Shown here piece after piece: positions 29,428 to 38,117 of a stretch of 64,000 bases of DNA. The stretch is from the NCBI GenBank assembly GCA_001804705.1, contig MHAY01000010.1, positions 1,066 to 65,065 on the forward strand. Reading direction: 5' to 3'. Source of the DNA: Ignavibacteria bacterium RIFOXYC2_FULL_35_21. Lineage in GTDB: Bacteria > Bacteroidota > Ignavibacteria > Kapaibacteriales > UBA2268. A program made the position numbers and the translations under genes. The stretch's first letter is position 1; the number at the start of each line of letters is the position of its first letter. The notes below the pieces were generated by a model. The model was not told the DNA's origin. It did not search any database and saw nothing but the letters and a program-made list of their open reading frames with translations.

Positions 29428-30060
29428 TTCACAATTAATAATTAACAATTAACAATTAGGCTTTAGGTATTTAGCCTGTTAGACTGTTAGGTAAAATAAA
29501 TATAATATAACAATTTTATCACGTAGTGATTAAATATTAGTAGAAAACAAATTTCCGCCACCACACTTATCCCGTAGGGATTATATAGCTAATTTTAACA
29601 CAAAGTACACAAAGTTTTTCTCAAAGCACACAAAGAAACATGGTTATATGGAGCCAAAAGTGGAAGAAATGGAAAATATGGAAGAAATGGACAGGTTTTT
29701 AAGTGTGGATTTTTTCCACTTTTTTTACCTCAAACTAAATCCCTCTCCGAAGGCGAGGGAATTTCTGGTTATAGAGAGACAAAATTGAGCAGATTTGGGC
29801 ATTTTGAGCAGGTTTGACACGATTTTTTATTTGCTCAAAAACATTATTTAAATCTTTGTGGATTAATTGATTAAAAGTGATCACTCATCACTGATTTCAT
29901 TGACATAAAAGTTATTACCTGCTCAATTATCAAATTTAAATTTAAAATTTTCAATGAATTAACAATGATTTAATATGAAATTTTTAATTGGCAGTAAAAA
30001 CCCCCTTAATCCCCACTTCGACAAGCTCAGTGCAGGCTCTTAGAAAAAAGGGGGCAATCA
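29426..30060. repeat. Intergenic mosaic of several short repeat and palindrome families
   Basis: 7-mer, 8-mer, 9-mer and 10-mer tandem arrays plus palindromes ATC(A/C)CGTAG(T/G)GAT and poly-C/poly-G hairpins. Confidence 0.7.
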
Positions 30061-30218
30061 TAATTATTAAGTGGCAGAGCATCCCGGTTTCGGCTGATAC
30101 AGCCCGACATTATTTAGCAAAGAATAAGCGGTGCAAAAATAAGGATGTGGGAGTGATATGTCAAGAAAACGGTTTTAAAAGGATTTTAAAATGGTTTAAA
30201 AAAAAATTTAAAACAATA

Positions 30219-32618
30219 TTAATAAATTTTTTCGGCAATTGCACTTATAAAATTCTTTAAATCAATTCTTTTATTTTCTAGAAGATCTAAATTGTCAAAT
30301 AGCTTAGAGTATTTTATTAAATAACGGTCAGATGTAATTAATTTTTTATTGGATGGGTCATTAAAAGAACTCAACGCTTTATTATATATATTATCGGGTA
30401 TTACTATATATATAGGTATTCTAAGATGTGGTAATTTTTCAGTAAGATTTGCAAGCCTAGGGATGCAATTGATTAATCTTGTTGAGTTTTCTATTTCAAA
30501 TAATAAATATTCGCCTTTATCAGGATTGAACCAAATTAGGTCTATTTGATTTATTCTACTTTCTTTTATTGCTTTATCGCTAACACCAGCTATTGATAAT
30601 TGATTAATCGAAATTTTACGAAGTTCTATAGATTTTCTCTTTTCATTTTCACCAATCCAAATACAATAGTCTTGTTTTAAACCAACTTTTGCTAATTGAT
30701 AAATTATAGCATTATGCTCATTCTCAATTTTAATTATTTCTTGTGGGTCTGTATAATCTTTGGTAAATAAATCAGTTTTGAATAATTTTTGCTGTAAACG
30801 TGGTAACCATTTTCCATTTTTTTCAAATGCTTTTTCTTCGAGAATTTCTTTTATTTCTTTAGTATCTGGTGTACGCCCGTTTTTATATCTTGTAAATATA
30901 GGAACAAGAAAATCATCAAGTTCAAAGCCACTTGATTTGTTTTTTGATAAAACGCTGTCAATAACAGCACTTATGCGTGTGTTAAGGGGAATATATTCGA
31001 TAAGTTTTGCATCCTTATTTTCTCTAAGATTCCAAACTCCTAGATCATTATCAAAGTCAAATTTATCAGCGAGTATATCAGTAATCTTTAAATCAATAAC
31101 TTTTTCAAACAAATTATGTTTAGAAAGACTCATTAATATACCTCTGGCTAATTGATCAGTAGTGGCTTTTCCACCTCTTTCAATAATAACCTTTTCACTT
31201 TCAATATAGATTTGTTTAATCACAACTTGTAAATCAGGTGTATGTTGATTTATTTTTGACTTTGGTTTTCTGAAATTTATATAAATGTCTCCTGTCATGC
31301 TTCCACCTTTTCTTAAAAGTTGATTAGAGGACTTTCTTCCTGTCAAAACATAACAGTCATTCTCATAAATAAAACCTGAATTTTGAGCAGATGATATTAA
31401 AGCATTCCAAACTTCAAGATGACTATTATGAAAAGTAACAGTCAACCAACAATTTTGTTTTAATACTCGATATAATTCTTCAAAAGTAAGTTTTAATAAT
31501 TGTTTATAATTTATAATATCCTTGTTGCGTTCTTTTGAATCACTTATTACTATTTCATTTTCAAAGTCCAAAGATTGTTTTAACCAACTTGCCCATAGAA
31601 TTTGATATTCTAAATAAGGAACTGAATCACCATAAGGTGGATCAGTGAAAATATAGTCAATAGAGTTAGATACAATTTTTTTTAATGAAAACGCAGATTC
31701 CGTATGCCATTTTATATTTTTATAATGATTAAATTGTTTTTCCTTTCCTCTTTTGATTTTTTTTGATCTTTCAATAAAGCAATTAAGAGCATTTACTTCA
31801 CAATATTTCTTAGGTATCCAAAAACCAGGAATTGTCCAACCACCAACTTGATTCTCTCTGCCTTTTTTTGAATAGACAGGTACTAATTTGCTTGCTTGAG
31901 CTAAAGATGACGTAAAAGTAAATTCCAGCACATCCTTTTCGGGAGAATTTGAAAGAGATTCTATTGCTTTCCAAATTTTACTAAGTACATGCAAAGCCCT
32001 TTTATTAAATAAGTCAGATACTTTCATACCTTCTTTTACAAGCAATCTTCCATTTGGTATCATTAATTCATTAGGATACCATTCCTTAATTTTTTCCGTT
32101 TCTGCAAGTTTAAAAGCTTTTATATCGGCTTCAGTAGGTGTTCTTTCTACCTTATTATTGCATGAAGGGCAGGCTATTTTTACTAGCAGCATTTTTTCTT
32201 TATTACTTTTTTCTTCATGTAACCAAATTGTATGAGTTATTTTAGCAACGCTATTACAATTCGAGCAAATAGTTGAAAAAAATTTTTCAGTTTCTTTTAA
32301 AACTTTATTATGGATTTTAATTAAGAGAGATTGATATTTTGTTTTGTCAATATTTTTGCATGTGTTTTCAGCTATAAATTCTGCTGTAGGTGATAAATCG
32401 TTATAAATAGCTTTTCGATTTAATTTAGCTGCTTCAATTGCAGTAACACCACTACCACAAAATGGATCTAATACAATGTCATCTTCATTAGTGAAATATT
32501 TTATATATTCTGATACAACGTTAGAAGGTTTTCTTGCCCAATATTTGTGCATTAAATAATTAGATTCATGCGTTGATGCAACAACTGCATTTTCAAAAGG
32601 TATTTCAATTTCTTTCAT
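30219..32618 (-). CDS. Amino-DNA methyltransferase with zinc ribbon fused to a C-terminal putative PD-(D/E)XK nuclease
   Basis: HKYWARKP, LDPFCGSG (SAM binding), CSNC...CPSC, TDPPY (catalytic), and C-terminal IDLIW...FEIENST. Confidence 0.8.
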   Translation of the reverse strand: MKEIEIPFENAVVASTHESNYLMHKYWARKPSNVVSEYIKYFTNEDDIVLDPFCGSGVTAIEAAKLNRKAIYNDLSPTAEFIAENTCKNIDKTKYQSLLIKIHNKVLKETEKFFSTICSNCNSVAKITHTIWLHEEKSNKEKMLLVKIACPSCNNKVERTPTEADIKAFKLAETEKIKEWYPNELMIPNGRLLVKEGMKVSDLFNKRALHVLSKIWKAIESLSNSPEKDVLEFTFTSSLAQASKLVPVYSKKGRENQVGGWTIPGFWIPKKYCEVNALNCFIERSKKIKRGKEKQFNHYKNIKWHTESAFSLKKIVSNSIDYIFTDPPYGDSVPYLEYQILWASWLKQSLDFENEIVISDSKERNKDIINYKQLLKLTFEELYRVLKQNCWLTVTFHNSHLEVWNALISSAQNSGFIYENDCYVLTGRKSSNQLLRKGGSMTGDIYINFRKPKSKINQHTPDLQVVIKQIYIESEKVIIERGGKATTDQLARGILMSLSKHNLFEKVIDLKITDILADKFDFDNDLGVWNLRENKDAKLIEYIPLNTRISAVIDSVLSKNKSSGFELDDFLVPIFTRYKNGRTPDTKEIKEILEEKAFEKNGKWLPRLQQKLFKTDLFTKDYTDPQEIIKIENEHNAIIYQLAKVGLKQDYCIWIGENEKRKSIELRKISINQLSIAGVSDKAIKESRINQIDLIWFNPDKGEYLLFEIENSTRLINCIPRLANLTEKLPHLRIPIYIVIPDNIYNKALSSFNDPSNKKLITSDRYLIKYSKLFDNLDLLENKRIDLKNFISAIAEKIY

Positions 32619-32778
32619 ATTTCCAAATAATTATTCTATTATTGAGCTTGAAAAAATCATTACCAAATAGAAATTTAAAAAATTTAATAGATATCCAACT
32701 AAAGAAAATTGATGAAAATTAATTAATCTATGATTTTTAATTATAATCATTTTATAATATAAATGAATTTAAAAAAAA

Positions 32779-33972
32779 TTAAAAAGGTATATCATCATCA
32801 TTATTTTGGTTACCAATATTTTCAAAAGGAATTTGATTAACAAGGAAATAAGCCCTTTTAAATAATTCATCATAAGTTAAGATTTCTATATCTCTTGAAT
32901 TACATCTAAATAATTCAAATGTTTTAGATTTTATTTCAATTTCTTTTTCAGTACCTTTGAATTGATCTGTATTCCCAATAATAAGAATTGTTTTGGGATT
33001 AATTGTTCTCTGTTTAATTCTACTTCCATTTCTTAAATAATTTTCTTTTTCAGCTTTGATATTCCACTCTGCTTTTTGTGTTAAAATTTGAGAAATTGAA
33101 TCAATAAATTCATCTGACAATTTCCATGACTCTGAGCGGTTTTTCTTAACTCCAAATAATGGGGTATCTGGTCTTTTAATTTCTACAATGTGTATAAAAT
33201 GTTCATCAGCAACAATGAAATCAGTAATTACTGAATTTTCTCCGCCAATATCAACATTTGAAACATAAGCTTCTCCTTGAAGAATCCCTAAAAATCTATA
33301 ATCAAGTCCATAACCAAAAATCCATGTATTTTTCTCAAAGAAAATTTGCCATTCTTTTTCATTCCAATCGGTTTCTTGATAGAGTTTATTGAAAAATATG
33401 TCTATTCCTTCTCTTCTACCTGTTAGAATGTCAAGATCTTCTTTTGTTAAATTTTGATTCCTTATTTTTTCAATAATATATTTTCTATCACCACCTTCTA
33501 AATTTTTGAAAGCTTCCAATAATTCTTTCTCAGAAGCATCAACAAAAACTTTATTAACATCTATTGATGAATCCTCTAAGCTATATCTTTCTTCATCAGT
33601 AAAATCTAAAAATTTAATTGAATTTAGAATAGTAATTAAATTTTTAAATTCATGTCTATAAAATGAAAAAGATTCTGGTTGAGGATTATTATTTATAAAC
33701 TTTTGTAAAACAATTGAAATGATTTTATTGTTTTTTTCAAGTGCGACAATCTTAACTTGATGTCTAGCATTTTTTGAACTTCGTAAAATGTATTCTTTTT
33801 CAATATCATAATAATCAAAAGTTAAATCTTCTTCTTTTTCAAAAACTTTATTGATAATTCGTTTCCTATCTTTATCAAGAGGATTCATAAAAGATTTACT
33901 TACATAAATCTTGTCGGGATTTCTTAGTTCAAAATAGTCTAATTCTGTTTTTTCTATTCTGCCAAAACTCAT
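32779..33972 (-). CDS. sduA: Shedu anti-phage nuclease (DUF4263)
   Basis: EKEWQIFFEKNTWIFG, DF...VEIKRP, ISQ, IIG and IEILTYDEL motifs. Start set at ATG 33972. Confidence 0.88.
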   Translation of the reverse strand: MSFGRIEKTELDYFELRNPDKIYVSKSFMNPLDKDRKRIINKVFEKEEDLTFDYYDIEKEYILRSSKNARHQVKIVALEKNNKIISIVLQKFINNNPQPESFSFYRHEFKNLITILNSIKFLDFTDEERYSLEDSSIDVNKVFVDASEKELLEAFKNLEGGDRKYIIEKIRNQNLTKEDLDILTGRREGIDIFFNKLYQETDWNEKEWQIFFEKNTWIFGYGLDYRFLGILQGEAYVSNVDIGGENSVITDFIVADEHFIHIVEIKRPDTPLFGVKKNRSESWKLSDEFIDSISQILTQKAEWNIKAEKENYLRNGSRIKQRTINPKTILIIGNTDQFKGTEKEIEIKSKTFELFRCNSRDIEILTYDELFKRAYFLVNQIPFENIGNQNNDDDIPF

Positions 33973-34103
33973 ATAGACACCATAACAAATTATAGATTTA
34001 CACAAATTTACTTAAAAATTAAGGTAGTTACAATATATTGTATCTAATCATTTAATTAAAATATTTTTAAAAAAAAATTATCAATGGTGTTATTATACTC
34101 CTT

Positions 34104-34131
34104 AGATTCTTCGACTTCGCTCAGAATGACA
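34104..34131. repeat. Solo right arm of the REP-like family
   Basis: AGATTCTTCGACTTCGCTCAGAATGACA. Confidence 0.75.
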
Positions 34132-34159
34132 ACAACAACTCAAAATTCAACACTCAAAA

Positions 34160-36232
34160 TTATTTTATGTTTAGTTCTCCGAAGAGGAAAATCCATTCTC
34201 TTGAAATGTTTTCGATTTGCTGTTCGATTGACTGTCCGGAACCATGCCCGCTTTCGAAATCAACATATAGTAGAATCGGATTTGTCTGCCCGGGATTATT
34301 CTGCAATGCGGCAACAAACTTTTTTGCATGAAGAGGGTCAACACGGGTGTCATTCTCCCCTGCCTTGATGTATGATGTCGGATAATTAAATCCTTCCTTA
34401 ATGTTTTGATACGGAGAGTAATTCAAAATATTCAGAAAATCTTCTTTCTTTTCCGGGTCGCCATATTCGGGAATCCAATAGCGGGCAATCAGGAATTTGT
34501 GATACCTCAGCATATCGAGCAATGGCACAGCACAAATCACAGCCTTGAACAAATCGGGCCTTTGAATCATTGCGGCACCTACGAGTAAGCCCCCATTGCT
34601 CCCGCCCTTGATTGCAAGCTTTCCGGGATTTGTATATTTTTCATTTATGAGATATTCAGCGGCTGAAATGAAATCATCGAAGGTATGCTGTTTTTTGAAT
34701 AACATTCCGTCTTTATGCCAGTTCTCGCCGTATTCATCGCCGCCGCGAAGACAGGCAATTGCATAGACACCGCCCCTGTTTATGAAGGAAGCAGTGAGTC
34801 CCACATAACCGGGAGACATTGAAATGTTGAAGCCGCCATACCCGTAAAGCAGGGCAGGATTACTTCCGTCAAGCTTAGTTCCTTTTTTATAGACAAGGAA
34901 CATCGGAACTCTCGTACTGTCCGTGGAATAATAAAATACCTGTTTGGCTTCGATATCCTTAGTGTCAATCGGGGGTTTGTCCTGGTAGAAGAAAGTCCAT
35001 TGCAAAGTTTTTCCATCCAGTTTGTATAAAACACCTGGTGCATCAAAAGTTGAAAGAGAAACAAACACAGTGTTCGATTCCTTGTGATAACTCATTCCGC
35101 TCACGTTTCCTGTTTCGGGCAGCTCAAGTTCTTTGATATATTTTCCGTTCAAATCATAAGCTGTAAGTCGGCTGAGAGCATCTTTTTTATCCTGAGTGAT
35201 TATAAAATCAGAAGTAATAGTATATCCTTCCAGCACAGTCTCCTTCTCAGGGAGCAGAACTTTGGCTTTTTCAAATTCTGGTTCATTCAGGTCAGCAACG
35301 AGTAATTTATAATTTGGTGCAGTATGATTTGTGAAATAGTAAAGCTTTCCGTTTTTAGCGAAAGCATCGGCTTTGAATTTGACACTTGAATAAATCACTT
35401 TCGGTTCGTCAAGCGTACCTGCTTTTCTGATTTTAAGAGTATTGGAATAAAAATCACCTTCGGTGATTAGGGTAACATCATCATCTTCGGCATCCCAAAT
35501 ACCTGCAAAGTTTTTTGCATCCTTAGGAGCAATAAGAAAAATATCTTTTTTATTGTCATCACCAAGCTTGTGCAGGTAAGTTTTTACAGGAATTTGGCTG
35601 TCAATCATCCCTCTTGTGCGAATAGACAAATAACAATGTTTTTCATCTTTTGTCCATCCAAAGCCATAGCCGTTTTTAATAACATCTCCAATTACTTTCC
35701 CGTTCTTAGTATTGATTATTCTGTACTCATTGATTTCATCGCCTTTGTATTGAGTGCCTACAGCAGCCTTGTTGCCATCTTTTGTTAAAAAGAATCCGGA
35801 CATAGCGGTTTTGCCGGTTTTATCATAAACCAGTGGGTCAAATATTAAAATTTCTTTACCTTTGATTCTTGTGAAAAGTTGATACTGCTGTTCGCCTTTT
35901 TTCTTAGCATAGAAAAATTCCCTGTCGGCTTTGAAGAAAGGAGCGCCGATGTAGTCCCTGTCAATATATGCACGAATCTCATCCTTCAATCCGGCGACTT
36001 CAGGATAATTTTTCTTAATATAATCTATCGTATAATCGGTTTGTTCGTGAGACCATTTCTTTACTTCGGTGTTGGATTTATCTTCGAGCCACCTGTAATT
36101 GTCTGTCATCTGAAAGCCGTGGACAGTGTCCTTGCCAGGTAATACTTTTGTCGAAGGAGGATTATAAGGAGTCTGAGCCTTCATAAATGAGATTGTTAAA
36201 ATTATTATAAATACAAAAAATAATGTCTTCAT
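34160..36232 (-). CDS. Prolyl oligopeptidase (S9A), exported
   Basis: Signal peptide; DNYRWLE, GYGGF, GGSNGG (Ser), DTRV (Asp) and SGHG (His). Confidence 0.95.
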   Translation of the reverse strand: MKTLFFVFIIILTISFMKAQTPYNPPSTKVLPGKDTVHGFQMTDNYRWLEDKSNTEVKKWSHEQTDYTIDYIKKNYPEVAGLKDEIRAYIDRDYIGAPFFKADREFFYAKKKGEQQYQLFTRIKGKEILIFDPLVYDKTGKTAMSGFFLTKDGNKAAVGTQYKGDEINEYRIINTKNGKVIGDVIKNGYGFGWTKDEKHCYLSIRTRGMIDSQIPVKTYLHKLGDDNKKDIFLIAPKDAKNFAGIWDAEDDDVTLITEGDFYSNTLKIRKAGTLDEPKVIYSSVKFKADAFAKNGKLYYFTNHTAPNYKLLVADLNEPEFEKAKVLLPEKETVLEGYTITSDFIITQDKKDALSRLTAYDLNGKYIKELELPETGNVSGMSYHKESNTVFVSLSTFDAPGVLYKLDGKTLQWTFFYQDKPPIDTKDIEAKQVFYYSTDSTRVPMFLVYKKGTKLDGSNPALLYGYGGFNISMSPGYVGLTASFINRGGVYAIACLRGGDEYGENWHKDGMLFKKQHTFDDFISAAEYLINEKYTNPGKLAIKGGSNGGLLVGAAMIQRPDLFKAVICAVPLLDMLRYHKFLIARYWIPEYGDPEKKEDFLNILNYSPYQNIKEGFNYPTSYIKAGENDTRVDPLHAKKFVAALQNNPGQTNPILLYVDFESGHGSGQSIEQQIENISREWIFLFGELNIK

Positions 36233-36265
36233 AATTATTCCTGAAAATTTCTATAATATTTATTT

Positions 36266-37690
36266 TCAATTTTTATTTAATAAATTTCTTGATTCACTTT
36301 TAATCAATTCCCAAGTTTCGGAAACATGTTTTTCGTTTACATTAGTTTGTCCAATCATAAATCTTATAACATATTTCTCATTCAGTTTAGTATGAGTGAG
36401 GAAGAGCTTACCTGTTTCATTAAGTTTTGATAAAAGTTTTTCATTTATTTTATTTATTTCTTCTTCATGAACAACACCTGCAGGTTTGTATCTGAAACAT
36501 ATCGTATTGAATGGAACAGGTGCAAGAATTTCAAAATCATTTTCAGATTCAATATTTTTAACAAGGTCCTGTGCAAGTTTAATATGGAGACGTAATTTTT
36601 CCTGCAATCCGCTTACACCAAAGCTACGGATGACGAACCATAATTTGAGTGCACGGAACCGCCTTCCAAGCTGTATTCCCCAATCTTTATAATTGTTCAC
36701 GTGAGCTTCAGCAGATTTAAGATATTCGGGAATCATCTGGAAAGTTCTTACAAGAGCTTCTTTATCTCGAACAAAATATGCAGAGCAGTCAAAATTAGTA
36801 AAGAGCCATTTATGCGGATTGAAAACAAAGGTATCTGCATATTCGATACCATCGAGTAAATGTCTGTATTCGGGCAGAATCAATGCAGAGCCTGCAAATG
36901 CGGCATCTACGTGAAGCCATATATTATTTTCTTTGCAAATTACTCCGATTTCTTTAAGCGGGTCAATTGCCGTCGAACCTGTTGTTCCGAGTGCAGAGAC
37001 AACACAAAGTGGTTTGTATCCATTGATTGTGTCAACCTCTAACACTTTTTCAAGTTCATCGGGGAGCATAGCAAAATTTTCATCAACAGGTATTTTCACA
37101 AGATTTTCTTTCCCGATACCTGCTATTTTTACGGCTTTTTCAATTGATGAATGAGCTTCCGAAGAACAATAAACTCTGAATTGTTCATCACCGGAAAAAC
37201 CTTTTGCATTTATATCAAATGATGAATATTTCTCTCTTGCAGTTAATATGGAACAAAGAGTTGCTGTTGAGGCAGTGTCCTGAATCACACCGGTAAAATC
37301 ATTTGGTAAACCAATCATCTGCCTAAGCCAGTCCATAGTCAATTCTTCAAGTTCTGCTGCTGCAGGTGAGGTTTGCCACATCATACATTGAGCCGCCAAA
37401 GCAGAAGTTAAAAATTCCGCAGCTATAGAAGGGAAACTGGTGTTTGCAGGAAAATATCCGAAGAACTTAGGATGCTGCCAGTGAGTCATTCCCGGTACAA
37501 TTATTTTTTTAAAATCATCAATAATATTTTCAAATTTCTCGGAGTTCTCAGGAGGGGTTTGCGGTAATTGATTGATGACATACCCGGGTTCGATATTCGG
37601 CTTGACATCATATTTTTCTATATTATTAAAATAATCTGCAATCCAATCTACAATTTCGTAGCCCCAACGTTTGAATTCGTCAGCATCCAT
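36266..37690 (-). CDS. PLP-dependent aromatic L-amino acid decarboxylase (group II)
   Basis: PGMTHWQHP, SPAAAELE, HSS, HVDAAFAG, NPHKWL (PLP Lys) and GRRFRALKLW. Confidence 0.92.
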   Translation of the reverse strand: MDADEFKRWGYEIVDWIADYFNNIEKYDVKPNIEPGYVINQLPQTPPENSEKFENIIDDFKKIIVPGMTHWQHPKFFGYFPANTSFPSIAAEFLTSALAAQCMMWQTSPAAAELEELTMDWLRQMIGLPNDFTGVIQDTASTATLCSILTAREKYSSFDINAKGFSGDEQFRVYCSSEAHSSIEKAVKIAGIGKENLVKIPVDENFAMLPDELEKVLEVDTINGYKPLCVVSALGTTGSTAIDPLKEIGVICKENNIWLHVDAAFAGSALILPEYRHLLDGIEYADTFVFNPHKWLFTNFDCSAYFVRDKEALVRTFQMIPEYLKSAEAHVNNYKDWGIQLGRRFRALKLWFVIRSFGVSGLQEKLRLHIKLAQDLVKNIESENDFEILAPVPFNTICFRYKPAGVVHEEEINKINEKLLSKLNETGKLFLTHTKLNEKYVIRFMIGQTNVNEKHVSETWELIKSESRNLLNKN

Positions 37691-37703
37691 TTAATACATC
37701 AAT

Positions 37704-37916
37704 TTATTGATAATCTTCAAAAACATTCTTTGTCTTTTCTCGTTTAACAACTTTATAAACTCTATGAAATCTTCGTTCATCTTCGGGTAATAGTGCTATA
37801 TATTGTTGTCTTAAAATCTCTACTGCCCTGAGCCGTTCTTCGAGAGGACGGCTAAGCCAGTAATCGAGGTCATTAGTATCATCTTTTTTATTTACGATTT
37901 TTACGACCTTTTCCAT
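37704..37916 (-). CDS. Small hypothetical protein, possibly toxin-antitoxin associated
   Basis: 70 aa with DLDYWLSRPLEERLRAVE motif. I recall such proteins next to nucleotidyltransferase genes, but no partner is present here. Confidence 0.55.
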   Translation of the reverse strand: MEKVVKIVNKKDDTNDLDYWLSRPLEERLRAVEILRQQYIALLPEDERRFHRVYKVVKREKTKNVFEDYQ

Positions 37917-38117
37917 TTAATATTATTTGATGTAATCCAATAAGAAATAAAATGTAAATTACGATTATTCATAATAAAATTCAAGAGTTTGATGTTGTGA
38001 AATTACGATAAAATAATAATTTGGAAATAAGGAAAATATTTCGTAGGTAGTAAAGGATTTATGACCAAGAACTAAGAAACTCATATTTTTTAATATAAAT
38101 TTTAAGGAGTTTCAATT

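Noticed and set aside
29988-30260. 90-aa ORF, and similar ORFs at 34084-34368, 43239-43442 and 43259-43675
   Set aside because: Translations of repeat elements or antisense overlaps with no recognisable motifs.
25843-34005. CHAT protease as part of one defence system with Shedu and the MTase
   Set aside because: Opposite strand, separated by about 800 bp of repeats, has an export signal, and no gasdermin or CRISPR partner is visible.
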